From NCBI GenBank assembly GCA_965223415.1, contig OZ245002.1, positions 2,304,001 to 2,368,000 on the forward strand: 64,000 bases of DNA. Reading direction: 5' to 3'. Under the pieces are notes generated by a model. The model was not told the DNA's origin. It did no database searches and saw only the letters and a program-made list of their open reading frames with translations. This DNA is from Myxococcota bacterium. Lineage in GTDB: Bacteria > Myxococcota_A > UBA9160 > UBA6930. Made by a program: the position numbers and the translations under genes. Shown piece by piece: positions 48,071 through 57,474 of this stretch (the first letter of the stretch is position 1; every line of letters starts with the position of its first letter).

Positions 48071-48871
48071 GTGCCCGACGCCATCGTCGAACGCGAAGAC
48101 CACCTGATGACCCTCACCATGAACCGTCCGGAGCGCTACAACGCGCTCTCTGGCGACATGCTGATCCGCATGTACGATGCCTACCAGGAGGCGTCTCGCG
48201 ATCCGGAGATCCGCTGCATCATCGTCACCGGCGCCGGCGGGAACTTCTGCTCCGGCGCCGACCTGAAGGCGATGTCCGGCGACGCGGGAGAGGGCGACGA
48301 TGTCATCGACGTCCAGGCGCGCATGGCCGAGGACCCGGACATCGTCTACAAGGCGCTCTTCCGTCATTACCGCCCGACCAAGCCGATCATCGCCGCGGTG
48401 GAAGGCGTCGCCATCGCGGGGGGCACCGAGATCCTGCAGGCGATGGAGATCCGGGTCGCCGGGGAGAGCGCGCGCTTCGGCGTGTCCGAGGCGAAGTGGT
48501 CCCTCTACCCGATGGCCGGCTCCGCCGTGCGCCTGCCCCGCCAGATCCCCTACACCCAGGCCGCCGAGATCCTGCTGACCGCGAAGCACATCAAGGCGCC
48601 GGAAGCCAAGCAGATCGGCCTCATCGGCCACGTCGTCCCCGACGGCCAGGCCCTCGCCAAGGCGCGCGAGATCGCCGACGTGATCTGCAGCAACGGCCCC
48701 CTCGCCGTCGAGGCCATCACCCGCACCCTCCACGAGTGCGACGGCATGGAGCTCGACCAGGCCCTGCGCCACGAGTGGGCGTACGGCCAGGCCGTCTTCG
48801 CCAGCCAGGACGCCAAGGAAGGCCCCCTCGCCTTCGCCCAGAAGCGCAAGCCCAACTTCCAACGCAAGTAA
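48071..48871 (+). CDS. Enoyl-CoA hydratase, EchA19-like
   Basis: [43 protein letters not shown] and [13 protein letters not shown] closely resemble mycobacterial EchA19 as I recall it. AGGAG RBS. Confidence 0.9.
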   Translation: [266 protein letters not shown]

Positions 48872-48942
48872 GAAGCGGGGCCAGAGTTAAGAATTCAGTT
48901 CCCTTCGGGGAACTGAATTCTTAACTCTGGCCCCGCTTCTTA
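48869..48942. repeat. Repeat family B: 35-bp perfect hairpin with a TTCG tetraloop
   Basis: TAAGAAGCGGGGCCAGAGTTAAGAATTCAGTTCCC-TTCG followed by its exact reverse complement. The termini are the stop codons of both convergent genes. Confidence 0.92.
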
Positions 48943-50409
48943 AGCCGGGTAGCCGATGGCCTTGGTCTGGAGGTACTCCTGGAAGCCCTCGACACCGTGC
49001 TCGCGGCCGAGGCCGCTCTCCTTGACGCCGCCGAAGGGGGTGTCGGGGCCGAACCACATGCCGCCGTTCACGCCGAGGGTGCCGGTGCGGATGCGGCGGG
49101 CGACGGCCATGGCGCGCTCCAGGGAGCCGGACTGGACGGAGCCGGAGAGCCCGTAGCGGCTGTTGTTGGCGATGCGCACGGCGTCGTCGTCGTCGTCGAA
49201 GGGAATCACTGCCAGCACCGGGCCGAAGATCTCCTCCTGCGCGATGGTCGCGTCCGGGTCCACGTCCACGAACAGGGTCGGCTCGACGAACCAGCCCTTC
49301 TCGAGGTGGGCCGGGCGGCCGCCGCCGACCAGGCAGCGCGCGCCCTCCTGCTTGCCCTTCTCGATGTAGGCGAGGATCCGGTCCCGCTGCCTGGCGCTGA
49401 TCTGAGGGCCCTGGGAGTTGGCGATGTCGGAGGGATCGCCGTAGGCGATGGCCTCGAAGCCTGCCTTCAGCCGCTCCACGCCCTCGTCGTAGCGCGAGCG
49501 CGGCAGCAGCATGCGGGTCGTGATGGCGCAGCCCTGTCCGCCGTGCATGCAGATCCCCGCGCCGCTCGGCCCCACCAGGTCGAAGTTCGCGTCGTCGAGG
49601 AAGATCTGGGCGGACTTCCCGCCGAGCTCCAGGAACACGCGCCTCAGGCTCGGCGCGCAGCGCGCCATGATGTGCTTCCCGATCGCGGTCGAGCCGGTGA
49701 AGCTGACCAGGTCCACCCGCGGGTCGCCGGTGAGCAGGTCGCCTACCTCCGCTGGGTCGCTCGCGGTGACGATGTTCAGCACGCCGGGCGGCAGGTCCGT
49801 CTCCTCCGCGATCAGCTTGCCGATCCAGGTGGCGCTCCAGGGCGTGTCCGGTGCCGCCTTCAGCACGGCCGTGCAGCCGGCCATCAGCGCCGGCACCAGC
49901 TTCGACAGGTTCAGCATGAAGGGGAAGTTCCAGGGCGTGATCAGCCCCGCGACACCCACCGGCTCGTGGATCACCCGCCGGTGGCTCTTGATCCCGAAGA
50001 ATTCATGGACGCCGAGCTCCCGCTCCCACGCGAACTTCTCCGCGCACTCGACGTCCCACAGCATGTCCTGGATGCAGGAGTCCTGCTGGACGGCGTAGGT
50101 GAGCGGGAGCGGCGCGCCCACCTCGGCCACGATCTGCGGCCGCAGCTCCTCCTTGCGCCGCTCGAGGGCCGCCTGGAGCTGACGCAGGCACCGGGAGCGG
50201 AGATCGAGATTCGCGGACCACTTCGTCTCGTCGAAGGCGCGACGGGCCGCGGCGATCGCCCGGTCCATGTCGGCGGCGCTCGCGTCGGCGACCCGGCCGA
50301 TCTCTTCTTCGGTCGCCGGGTTCACGTTGCCGTAGGTGCGGCCGCCCGCTGCCTCCACAAGGGCTCCGTCGATCAGCAGGCGGCTCTCGGCCTGGGGGAA
50401 GTCGGTCAT
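48940..50409 (-). CDS. Aldehyde dehydrogenase
   Basis: ATG at 50409. Motifs ITPWNFP, FTGST, LELGGKS, GQGC and EEIFGPV. Confidence 0.95.
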   Translation of the reverse strand: MTDFPQAESRLLIDGALVEAAGGRTYGNVNPATEEEIGRVADASAADMDRAIAAARRAFDETKWSANLDLRSRCLRQLQAALERRKEELRPQIVAEVGAPLPLTYAVQQDSCIQDMLWDVECAEKFAWERELGVHEFFGIKSHRRVIHEPVGVAGLITPWNFPFMLNLSKLVPALMAGCTAVLKAAPDTPWSATWIGKLIAEETDLPPGVLNIVTASDPAEVGDLLTGDPRVDLVSFTGSTAIGKHIMARCAPSLRRVFLELGGKSAQIFLDDANFDLVGPSGAGICMHGGQGCAITTRMLLPRSRYDEGVERLKAGFEAIAYGDPSDIANSQGPQISARQRDRILAYIEKGKQEGARCLVGGGRPAHLEKGWFVEPTLFVDVDPDATIAQEEIFGPVLAVIPFDDDDDAVRIANNSRYGLSGSVQSGSLERAMAVARRIRTGTLGVNGGMWFGPDTPFGGVKESGLGREHGVEGFQEYLQTKAIGYPA

Positions 50410-50426
50410 GTCCGGCTCTCCTCTTG

Positions 50427-52091
50427 CTATTCCTCGACGAAGACGTGCTCCGCTTCGCCGGTCAGCACGTTCTTCAGCACCTTGCCCACCGCGTTGCGCG
50501 GCAGCGGGTTGCTCCGCACCTCCCACACCGTGGGCACCTTGTAGGCCGACAGCACCTCGGCGCACCAGGTCTCGAGGACGCTCGTGTCGATCACGGCGCT
50601 CGGCGTCGGCACGATGATCGCCTTCACCTCCTGCCCCAGCTCCCGGTGGTCGACGCCCACCACGGCGACCTCCGCCACGTCCGGGTGGCCGTCGAGGCGG
50701 TTCTCGATCTCCACCGGGTAGACGTTCTCGCCGCCGCGCAGGATCATGTCCCGCGCCCGGGAGTTGATGTAGAGGCGGCCGTCCTCGAAGCGCCCCACGT
50801 CGCCGGTCGCCAGCCAGCGGCCCGGCAGCAGCGTCTTCGCCGTCGCCTCCGGGTTCCGCCAGTACTCGAGGATGCTGTAGGCGCTGCGCACGAAGATCTC
50901 GCCCTCCCGCCCCTCCGGCAGCGGGTTGCCCACCTCGTCGCGGATCTCGGCCTGCATCGTCAGCGTCGGCCGGCCCACCGAGGTGGGATGCGCCTCGAAC
51001 TCGGTGCCGGTGATCTGGGCGACCACCGCCACGGTCTCGCTCGAGCCGTAGCCGATGCCCAGGTTCCTCGACGCGCTGGGGAAGGCGTTCCGGGCCTTGG
51101 CCTGCACGTCCTCGCTGGCCGGCGCGCCGCCGAAGCCCGTGTTCTGCATCGAGCTGAGATCGCGCCGGGCGAGATCCGGATGCTCGACCACGCGGTGGAG
51201 CATCGACCCGAAGGGCGTCCACTGGGTGATCTTCTCCTCCTCGATGATGCGCAGCACGTCGCCGGCGTCGAAGCGTCCCTCCCGGAAGACGAGCTTGCCG
51301 CCCGTGGCCATGTTCATCGCCACCAGCGCGTAGAGCCCCGAGAGATGGAAGAGCGGCGCCGTCGCGAGGGCGGCCTGGGGCGGCGCGTCCGGCTTCGGGA
51401 TGATGCCGGAGGCGACCGCCACGACCGCGCCGCGCGCGATCTGCTGGCTGGTGAAGCCCACGACGCCGCGATGGGAGGCCACCGCCCCCTTCGGCCGGCC
51501 CGTCGTTCCGCTGGTGAAGAGGATCACCGCCGCTTCGTCCTCGCCGATCGCCACGTCGGGCAGCGGGGCATCCGGAGCGAAGCGAAGCAGCTCGTCGAAG
51601 CCGGACTCGATCTCGAGCACCTGGGTGCCGAGATCGTCCCCCGCCACGCGCTCGAGCCGCCGCCGATCCCCGACCAGGAGCTTCGGCTCCGAGAGCTCGA
51701 CGCCGTAGTGGATCTCGTCCCGGGTCCACCAGCCGTTGAGCGCCGAGACGATGCCGCCGAGGCTCACCGTGGCCCAGAAGGCGATCACCCACTCCGGCCG
51801 GTTGGCGGCCAGGATCGCGACCCGGTCGCCCTTGTCGATGCCGAAGCGTTCCTGGAAGGCGCGGGCCGTGCTGGCGACCAGCCGCCGGTGCTCCTCGAAG
51901 GAGATCCGGCGGTCGCCCATCACCAGGTACTCCTTGCCGTCGTGGCGCTCGGAGGCCTGGAGCAGCTCGCGCAGCGAGTGCGCCCGGTTCTTGAAGACCG
52001 GGAGCTTCTCCCCGAGCACCTCTTCGTCGGTGATCTCGAAGAACCCGCCGGGTCCGGTCAGCTGGGCCTGGACTTCGTCGATGGAAGGCAT
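50427..52091 (-). CDS. Long-chain acyl-CoA synthetase (class I adenylate-forming)
   Basis: Motifs FTSGTTGRPKG, GYGSSET, TGD and RGGENVYPVEIE. Confidence 0.93.
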   Translation of the reverse strand: MPSIDEVQAQLTGPGGFFEITDEEVLGEKLPVFKNRAHSLRELLQASERHDGKEYLVMGDRRISFEEHRRLVASTARAFQERFGIDKGDRVAILAANRPEWVIAFWATVSLGGIVSALNGWWTRDEIHYGVELSEPKLLVGDRRRLERVAGDDLGTQVLEIESGFDELLRFAPDAPLPDVAIGEDEAAVILFTSGTTGRPKGAVASHRGVVGFTSQQIARGAVVAVASGIIPKPDAPPQAALATAPLFHLSGLYALVAMNMATGGKLVFREGRFDAGDVLRIIEEEKITQWTPFGSMLHRVVEHPDLARRDLSSMQNTGFGGAPASEDVQAKARNAFPSASRNLGIGYGSSETVAVVAQITGTEFEAHPTSVGRPTLTMQAEIRDEVGNPLPEGREGEIFVRSAYSILEYWRNPEATAKTLLPGRWLATGDVGRFEDGRLYINSRARDMILRGGENVYPVEIENRLDGHPDVAEVAVVGVDHRELGQEVKAIIVPTPSAVIDTSVLETWCAEVLSAYKVPTVWEVRSNPLPRNAVGKVLKNVLTGEAEHVFVEE

Positions 52092-52122
52092 GGGCGGCGA
52101 TTCTATCTCAAGGTCGGGAGCC

Positions 52123-52506
52123 TCAGTCGCCCCCGGCCTGCTCCTTCGCCACCGCCGCGATCTGCTGCTCGACCACGCCCACCAGGCCGGCGGCTCGCGG
52201 ATAGCCGGCGTACTGGGCGATCATCAGCAGGGTCTCGCGGAGCTGGTCGGGGGTGAGCTCGCCCCGCTTCAGGGCGGCCTTCGCCTGGATGCCGAAGGTC
52301 ATGGGCTCGCCCTTCTCGGCGATGATGCCCATGATGATCAGCCGGCGGTCCCGGATCGGGAGCTCCTCACGGCTCCAGACCTCGGCGAAGACCTGCTCGA
52401 GCATCGTGTCCACGAAGGCCATGCCGGGCGGCGGCACCGCCACGTCTCCGGCGTAGACCTCCTTCATCATCTCCGCGCCCCGCTTCCGGCGCTCTGACTC
52501 GCTCAT
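52123..52506 (-). CDS. Carboxymuconolactone decarboxylase family protein
   Basis: Motifs VFAEVWSREELPIRDRRL and YAGYP. AGGAG RBS. Confidence 0.88.
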   Translation of the reverse strand: MSESERRKRGAEMMKEVYAGDVAVPPPGMAFVDTMLEQVFAEVWSREELPIRDRRLIIMGIIAEKGEPMTFGIQAKAALKRGELTPDQLRETLLMIAQYAGYPRAAGLVGVVEQQIAAVAKEQAGGD

Positions 52507-52523
52507 GTCGTGCTCCTGATTTA

Positions 52524-52554
52524 CATTGTGCTTGCAATGGAAATAGTCTACGAT
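52524..52554 (+). promoter_or_regulatory. Promoter TTGTGC-N17-TACGAT with dyad CATTG-N6-CAATG
   Basis: AT-rich divergent gap. The -10 lies 6 nt before GTG 52561. Confidence 0.55.
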
Positions 52555-52560
52555 CGTCCC

Positions 52561-53742
52561 GTGGTCGACTTCAACCCCTTCGATTACGCCTTCCACGAAG
52601 ACCCGTACCCCGTGTACGCGGCCCTGCGCCGGGAGGCTCCGGTCTACCACAATCCGGAGCTCGGGTTCTGGGCCTTCACCCGCCACGCCGACGTGCTGGC
52701 CGGCTTCAAGGACTGGCAGACCTACTCCAACAAGGAAGGCGTGGCCCTCGAGCAGGGCTCGAGCGCCGGCGGCGATACCACGCCCTTCCTCTCGATGCTC
52801 GGCCTGGATCCGCCGCGCCACGACGGGCTGCGCAACTTGGTATCGCGCGGCTTCACCCCGCGCCGCGTGGCCGCCCTCGAGCCGCGCATCCGGGAGCTGG
52901 CCGTCCACTACGTCGAGCGCTTCCGCGAGCGCGGCGAGTGCGACTTCGTGGCCGAGTTCGCCGGCAAGCTTCCGATGGACGTGGTGAGCGAGATGCTAGG
53001 CGTCCCCGAGAGCGATCGGGACATGCTGCGCGGCTGGGCCGATCAGGTGCTCCACCGCGAGGAGGGCGTGATGGGCCTGCCGGAGGCCTCGGCCCAGGCC
53101 GCGGCCAAGCTCTACGCCTACTACGTCGAGCTGCTGAAGGAGCGCAAGCAGAAGCCCGGCGACGACCTGGTCTCCGCGCTGATCGCCGCCGAGCTGGAGG
53201 GCGAGCGCCTCAGCGACCAGGAGGTGATCGGCTTCCTCTTCCTGATGGTCATCGCGGGCAACGAGACCACGACCAAGCTCCTGGCCAACGCCCTCTACTG
53301 GGCCGACCGCAACCCGGACGAGCGTGCGAAGGTGCGCGCCGACGAGGGCGCCATCCCCGGCTGGGTCGAAGAGACGCTCCGCTACGACAACTCCACCCAG
53401 CTCTTGGCGCGCACCGTCACCCGCGATCACGAGGTCGGCGGGCACACCCTGCGCGAAGGCGAGAAGGTGCTGCTGCTCGTGGGCTCGGCGAACCGGGACG
53501 AAGAGGTCTGGGAGCGGGCCGACGTCTACGACATCGGGCGCGACTGCAGCTCGAGCCTCTCCTTCGGCCGCGGCACCCACTTTTGCCTGGGCGCCTCCCT
53601 GGCCCGGCTCGAAGCGCGTGTCTCCCTCGAGGAGCTGCTGCGCCGGGTGAGCGACATCGAGGTCCAGCACGACGGCCTGGCTCGCGTCCACTCGACGAAC
53701 GTGCGAGGCTTCGCCGCGCTGCCCATCACGTTCACGAGCTAG
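52561..53742 (+). CDS. Cytochrome P450 (CYP123-like); alternative ATG at 52537
   Basis: Motifs FHEDPYP, AGNETT, EETLRYD and the heme motif FGRGTHFCLG. Confidence 0.94.
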   Translation: MVDFNPFDYAFHEDPYPVYAALRREAPVYHNPELGFWAFTRHADVLAGFKDWQTYSNKEGVALEQGSSAGGDTTPFLSMLGLDPPRHDGLRNLVSRGFTPRRVAALEPRIRELAVHYVERFRERGECDFVAEFAGKLPMDVVSEMLGVPESDRDMLRGWADQVLHREEGVMGLPEASAQAAAKLYAYYVELLKERKQKPGDDLVSALIAAELEGERLSDQEVIGFLFLMVIAGNETTTKLLANALYWADRNPDERAKVRADEGAIPGWVEETLRYDNSTQLLARTVTRDHEVGGHTLREGEKVLLLVGSANRDEEVWERADVYDIGRDCSSSLSFGRGTHFCLGASLARLEARVSLEELLRRVSDIEVQHDGLARVHSTNVRGFAALPITFTS

Positions 53743-53753
53743 GAGCCCTCGTC

Positions 53754-54521
53754 ATGGAGATCGCCGGAAACGTCGCCGTCGTCGTGGGAGGTGCTTCGGG
53801 CATGGCCCGCGCCACCGCGGAGGATCTCGTCGCCAAGGGCGGCAAGGTCGCGATCCTCGATCTCCCGGGCTCCGCCGGCGACGCGGTGGCGAAGGAGCTC
53901 GGCAAGGGCACGACCTTCCACCCCTGCGACGTCACCGACTTCGCAGGAACCGAAGAGGCGCTGGCGGCGGCGGTGGAGGCCCACGGCGCCCTGCACTTCG
54001 CCGTGAACACGGCCGGCGGCGGCATCGCCAAGCGCACGCTCACGAAGGACGGCCCCCACCCGCTCGAGGATTTCCAGCGGGTGATCGACCTGAACCTGGT
54101 CGGCACCTTCAACCTGAACCGGCTCGAGGCCGATCACATGAGCCGCAACGAGCCCGACGAGTCCGGCGAGCGCGGCGTGATCATCAACACCGCGTCGATC
54201 GCGGCCTTCGAGGGGCAGATCGGCCAGGTGGCCTACACCGCGGCCAAGGCTGGCATCGCCGGTATGAGCCTCACCATGGCTCGCGAGCTCGGGAGCCTCG
54301 GCATCCGCGTGAACGCCGTCGCCCCGAGCCTGTTCGCCACGGGCATCACCCAGGGCATCCCCGAGGAGTTCGAGGCCAAGCTCACGAAGGACGCCGCGTT
54401 TCCGAAGCGCATGGGCCGGCCCCACGAGTACGCGCGCCTCGCCGTCGCGATCATCGAGAACCCGATGCTGAACGGCGGCACCATTCGCCTGGACGGCGGC
54501 CAGCGCTTCGCGCCGAAGTAG
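53754..54521 (+). CDS. SDR, 3-hydroxyacyl-CoA dehydrogenase type II (HSD10-like)
   Basis: Motifs [34 protein letters not shown] and [13 protein letters not shown]. Confidence 0.92.
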   Translation: MEIAGNVAVVVGGASGMARATAEDLVAKGGKVAILDLPGSAGDAVAKELGKGTTFHPCDVTDFAGTEEALAAAVEAHGALHFAVNTAGGGIAKRTLTKDGPHPLEDFQRVIDLNLVGTFNLNRLEADHMSRNEPDESGERGVIINTASIAAFEGQIGQVAYTAAKAGIAGMSLTMARELGSLGIRVNAVAPSLFATGITQGIPEEFEAKLTKDAAFPKRMGRPHEYARLAVAIIENPMLNGGTIRLDGGQRFAPK

Positions 54522-54629
54522 GGCGCGTGGTGTCGATGCAGGGCCGCCCAGCTCTGGCCCCCGCTGGCTGTCAGCCAGGAGCTCGCCCGAAGGGGAGATC
54601 CTCTGGGAGAATGGCTCTTGTCTGGCATC

Positions 54630-55187
54630 CGGACCTCCCAGCCGTGGCCGACGCCCTCGGTGCGTCCGAACCGCTGGGCGTCGACGGGGAACAGGCTCCC
54701 GGCGGGGGCGTGCTCGTGGCGCTGGGGCGGATGCTCCGCCTCCTCGATCCGCCAGAGGCGACCCAGGCCCTCGGCCTTGAGGTGGCGGGAGACCGTGGAG
54801 CCGAATCCCCGGTCTCGGCGGCGATCTCCCAGCTCGCCTTCTTGCGCCGTCGGAGCTGCAGCATCCGCTGCACCACCCGCCGAGGCGTCTGGCGCCGGAG
54901 GCGATGGGCGCGGCAGGAGCGATCCTCGAGCCCGCTCTTTCCCTCCGCGTCGTAGCGGGCCAGCCACTTGCAGACCGTATGCCGAGCCACCCCCGCGGCC
55001 TCGGCCGCCTCCGTCACCGGCCAGCCGCGCTCCTGGACCCATGAACCAGCAGCCGACGCATCGCCCGCGTCAGCTTCGCGTTGGCATGAAGTTACTGCCC
55101 CGTGAACTCTCCCCTGATTGTGAGGTCGTTGGACAACGCCATTCTCAGGGCACCCGCAGGTATCAGCAATCTACTAGAAGCCCTACA
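54630..55187 (-). mobile_element. Degenerate IS481-family element (left end plus frameshifted 5' transposase fragment)
   Basis: Fragments across frames: LHANAKLT, GWPVTEAAEAAGV..TVCKWLARYDAEG..GLEDRS, STVSRHL..GLGRL and PPQRHEH. Putative TGT terminus at 55187. Catalytic domain missing. Confidence 0.82.
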
Positions 55188-55562
55188 CCTGTCCCGCTCG
55201 CCGCCACTCGCAATCAACGCTGGCTAACCGCCAGGCCGGCCTCAACGGTCGCGGTTGCGGCACTGCCTTCCGCGCCCCGTCCCAGAAAAGCCGTGACCAG
55301 CCGGCGCGCCGCACCATGCTTCGTTTCGCGTTTCATTCGCATGCTTCTCGCGAGCGCGCGCAGTACACGGCTCGTACGCCACCGAACGCTCCCGGACACT
55401 AGGCGCACCTTCGAACGTTGACTGAATCCACCCCAATTGGGTTGGGTAGAAGCACCTACCGCTAGTTCCGCAATCCCCAACCCTCGTCTTCAGGGTTGCG
55501 CCGTAGCGCTCGTTCAGCATACAAATCAGTCGTCGATTGTTAGTTGCCGGAGGCCGCTCGCG

Positions 55563-56132
55563 ATGAAGATTCCCCCGTATCTCCTCTTCTCGGTCTTGCT
55601 GGCGTCAAATGCCGCTAGTGCGCAGACGCTCACGCTCGACAATCTTTCATTCGTCCACTTCGATGGATCGTCCCAGGACTTCCAGATCCCCTCGGGAACG
55701 GTGGATCTGTCGATTCAGTCTGCCGGCCCGAACCAATGGACGATTCAGGTCAGTCCGGGGAACGTTGATATCCCTGCCTTCGCTTATCCAAGCGGGAAAC
55801 AGGCCACCTGGGGGCTCGCTTCCCTCGCCACCGGCACAGCGAAGCGCAAGGGGAAGAGCGTCGACATTGACGTGGACGTGGTCGCAAGTATCACCGTCAG
55901 CGGGGAAGGGACCCCAGCCCAGTTCCCACTCCAGTTCACCACCGGTACCACCACGGCCAGCCGCGGAAGCGTAACGGTCAGCCGTACAGGCGTACCCCTC
56001 GATACAGGCTCGGGGTACGTCCAGCTGGTCGCCTCGGGCGTGAATAGCGATCGCGCTCCGACAGCGCCTGGGAAGCCCTTCTACATCGTGCTGAGCGGAA
56101 CCATGTCGGGACTCCCTGCAAGTTTCCCCTAG
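55563..56132 (+). CDS. Secreted beta-strand-rich hypothetical protein
   Basis: GGAGG RBS, signal peptide ending AASA, Thr/Ser/Gly-rich body and atypical codon usage. Confidence 0.78.
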   Translation: MKIPPYLLFSVLLASNAASAQTLTLDNLSFVHFDGSSQDFQIPSGTVDLSIQSAGPNQWTIQVSPGNVDIPAFAYPSGKQATWGLASLATGTAKRKGKSVDIDVDVVASITVSGEGTPAQFPLQFTTGTTTASRGSVTVSRTGVPLDTGSGYVQLVASGVNSDRAPTAPGKPFYIVLSGTMSGLPASFP

Positions 56133-56186
56133 CGCGGCCATTCCGACTACGCGAACGATTACGGCCCTCATACCCGGAGCAATCTG

Positions 56187-57310
56187 ATGCGGTTCTGGCG
56201 TTCTCTTCACGCGCTGCTTGTCACCCAGCTCGTTCTACAGCCCGTCCTCTTCCCTGCGGGTGCTTACGCGACGATCGATGACTCTTCCCAGTTCTCGAGT
56301 CGATTGGGCCGGCCGACCCCTGCCAAGAACGCACCCGCCGCCGTCAGCCCTTCGCTTTTCAATGGCGACGCCCGCTACGAGGTCCCGATTGAGGTGCCGG
56401 CGGATCCGGGCGGGATGACGCCGCGGCTAGCACTTCGATACAGCAGTGGCGCCTCGCGCGATTCGTGGGTCGGGTACGGTTGGGACCTCTCGACCTCCCA
56501 GATCCGCCGGTCGCTTCGAGATGGAACTCCCCGCTACTCAGACGCCGGGTTCTGCGCGGCAAACCCAGCGCAGGCTTGCGATCCCACGACGCCTTGCCCG
56601 ACTCAGGTCTACACCCTCGTCATCCAGGGCGAGCCGAACAAGAACTTCAACTACGAGACGTACTGCAAATTCCGCGACCGTTACGAACTCGATGGTGAGC
56701 TGCTTTTGCTCGAATCCTCCGCAGGCGGAATCGATTCCTACCGAACGCGCCGCGAGATGTACGCCATCATCGAACACGACACCGTGAACAACCGGTGGAC
56801 GGTAGCTCGCAAGAACGGTGTAGAGATCCGATATGGATGGAGCCCTGCGACTCGTGTCGACAGCACGGCCGGCCCCACCTACGCGTGGCTCATTGAGGAC
56901 GAATCGGACCCCCGCGGAAACACCGTCAATTACACGTACCACCACGACGGCGGCCGGCCTTATCTTCTCACGGTTACGTACGGGCAGTCCGCGGGTCAGG
57001 GCTGGACAGTCACCTTTGCGACGGAACCCCGGCTTGCCGGCACGACTCGCGTCGCCTACCGGGCAGGCTTCGAGCAGCGCCTCGACCTCCAGCTTCGGGA
57101 TGTTGTTGTTGCGGGCGGCGACGGCGCCAGGATCAGGCGCTATGAGCCGTCGTACATCGTCAGCCCCGACTCTGGTCGACTCTTGCTCGAGCGCATCGTC
57201 GCTCACGGAACGGCCGACGGCTCACAAGGCGGATCCGTTCCGGCGATGGAAACCTCGTTCTCCTACAGCACGAACTCGGGCCCTTCCGATCCCAAGGGAT
57301 TCGTCGTGGA
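56187..57310 (+). pseudogene. SpvB/TcaC-N domain RHS-type protein, truncated by IS21
   Basis: GDARYEVPIEVP..GGMTPRLALRYSS..SWVGYGWDL, QIRR, WLIEDESDPRGNTVNYTY and YRAGF. The frame runs into the IS end at 57311. Confidence 0.88.
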
Positions 57311-57474
57311 TGTCATTTCTCACGGGCATGACTCACCTTTTCTCACGGGCATGACCCAGGCCTGACCGCGGTTTTCTCACGAGCATGACCCACCCCAGAT
57401 GGGGGGGGCTCAGGAGGAGGCCGGTCCCGTGGCCGACCCAGGCCATTCTGCGGCGCCAGAGGAGGCGCAGGCAG

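Noticed and set aside
55420..55500. Several short hairpins upstream of the secreted protein as a riboswitch
   Set aside because: No riboswitch consensus that I recognise, and the stems are short. An Infernal/Rfam search would be needed.
55214..55520. Short minus-strand ORFs in the island
   Set aside because: No recognisable motifs or convincing codon bias.
57316..57392. Three 20-bp direct repeats as CRISPR or iterons
   Set aside because: They are the subterminal transposase-binding repeats of the IS21 end, mirrored at the right end.
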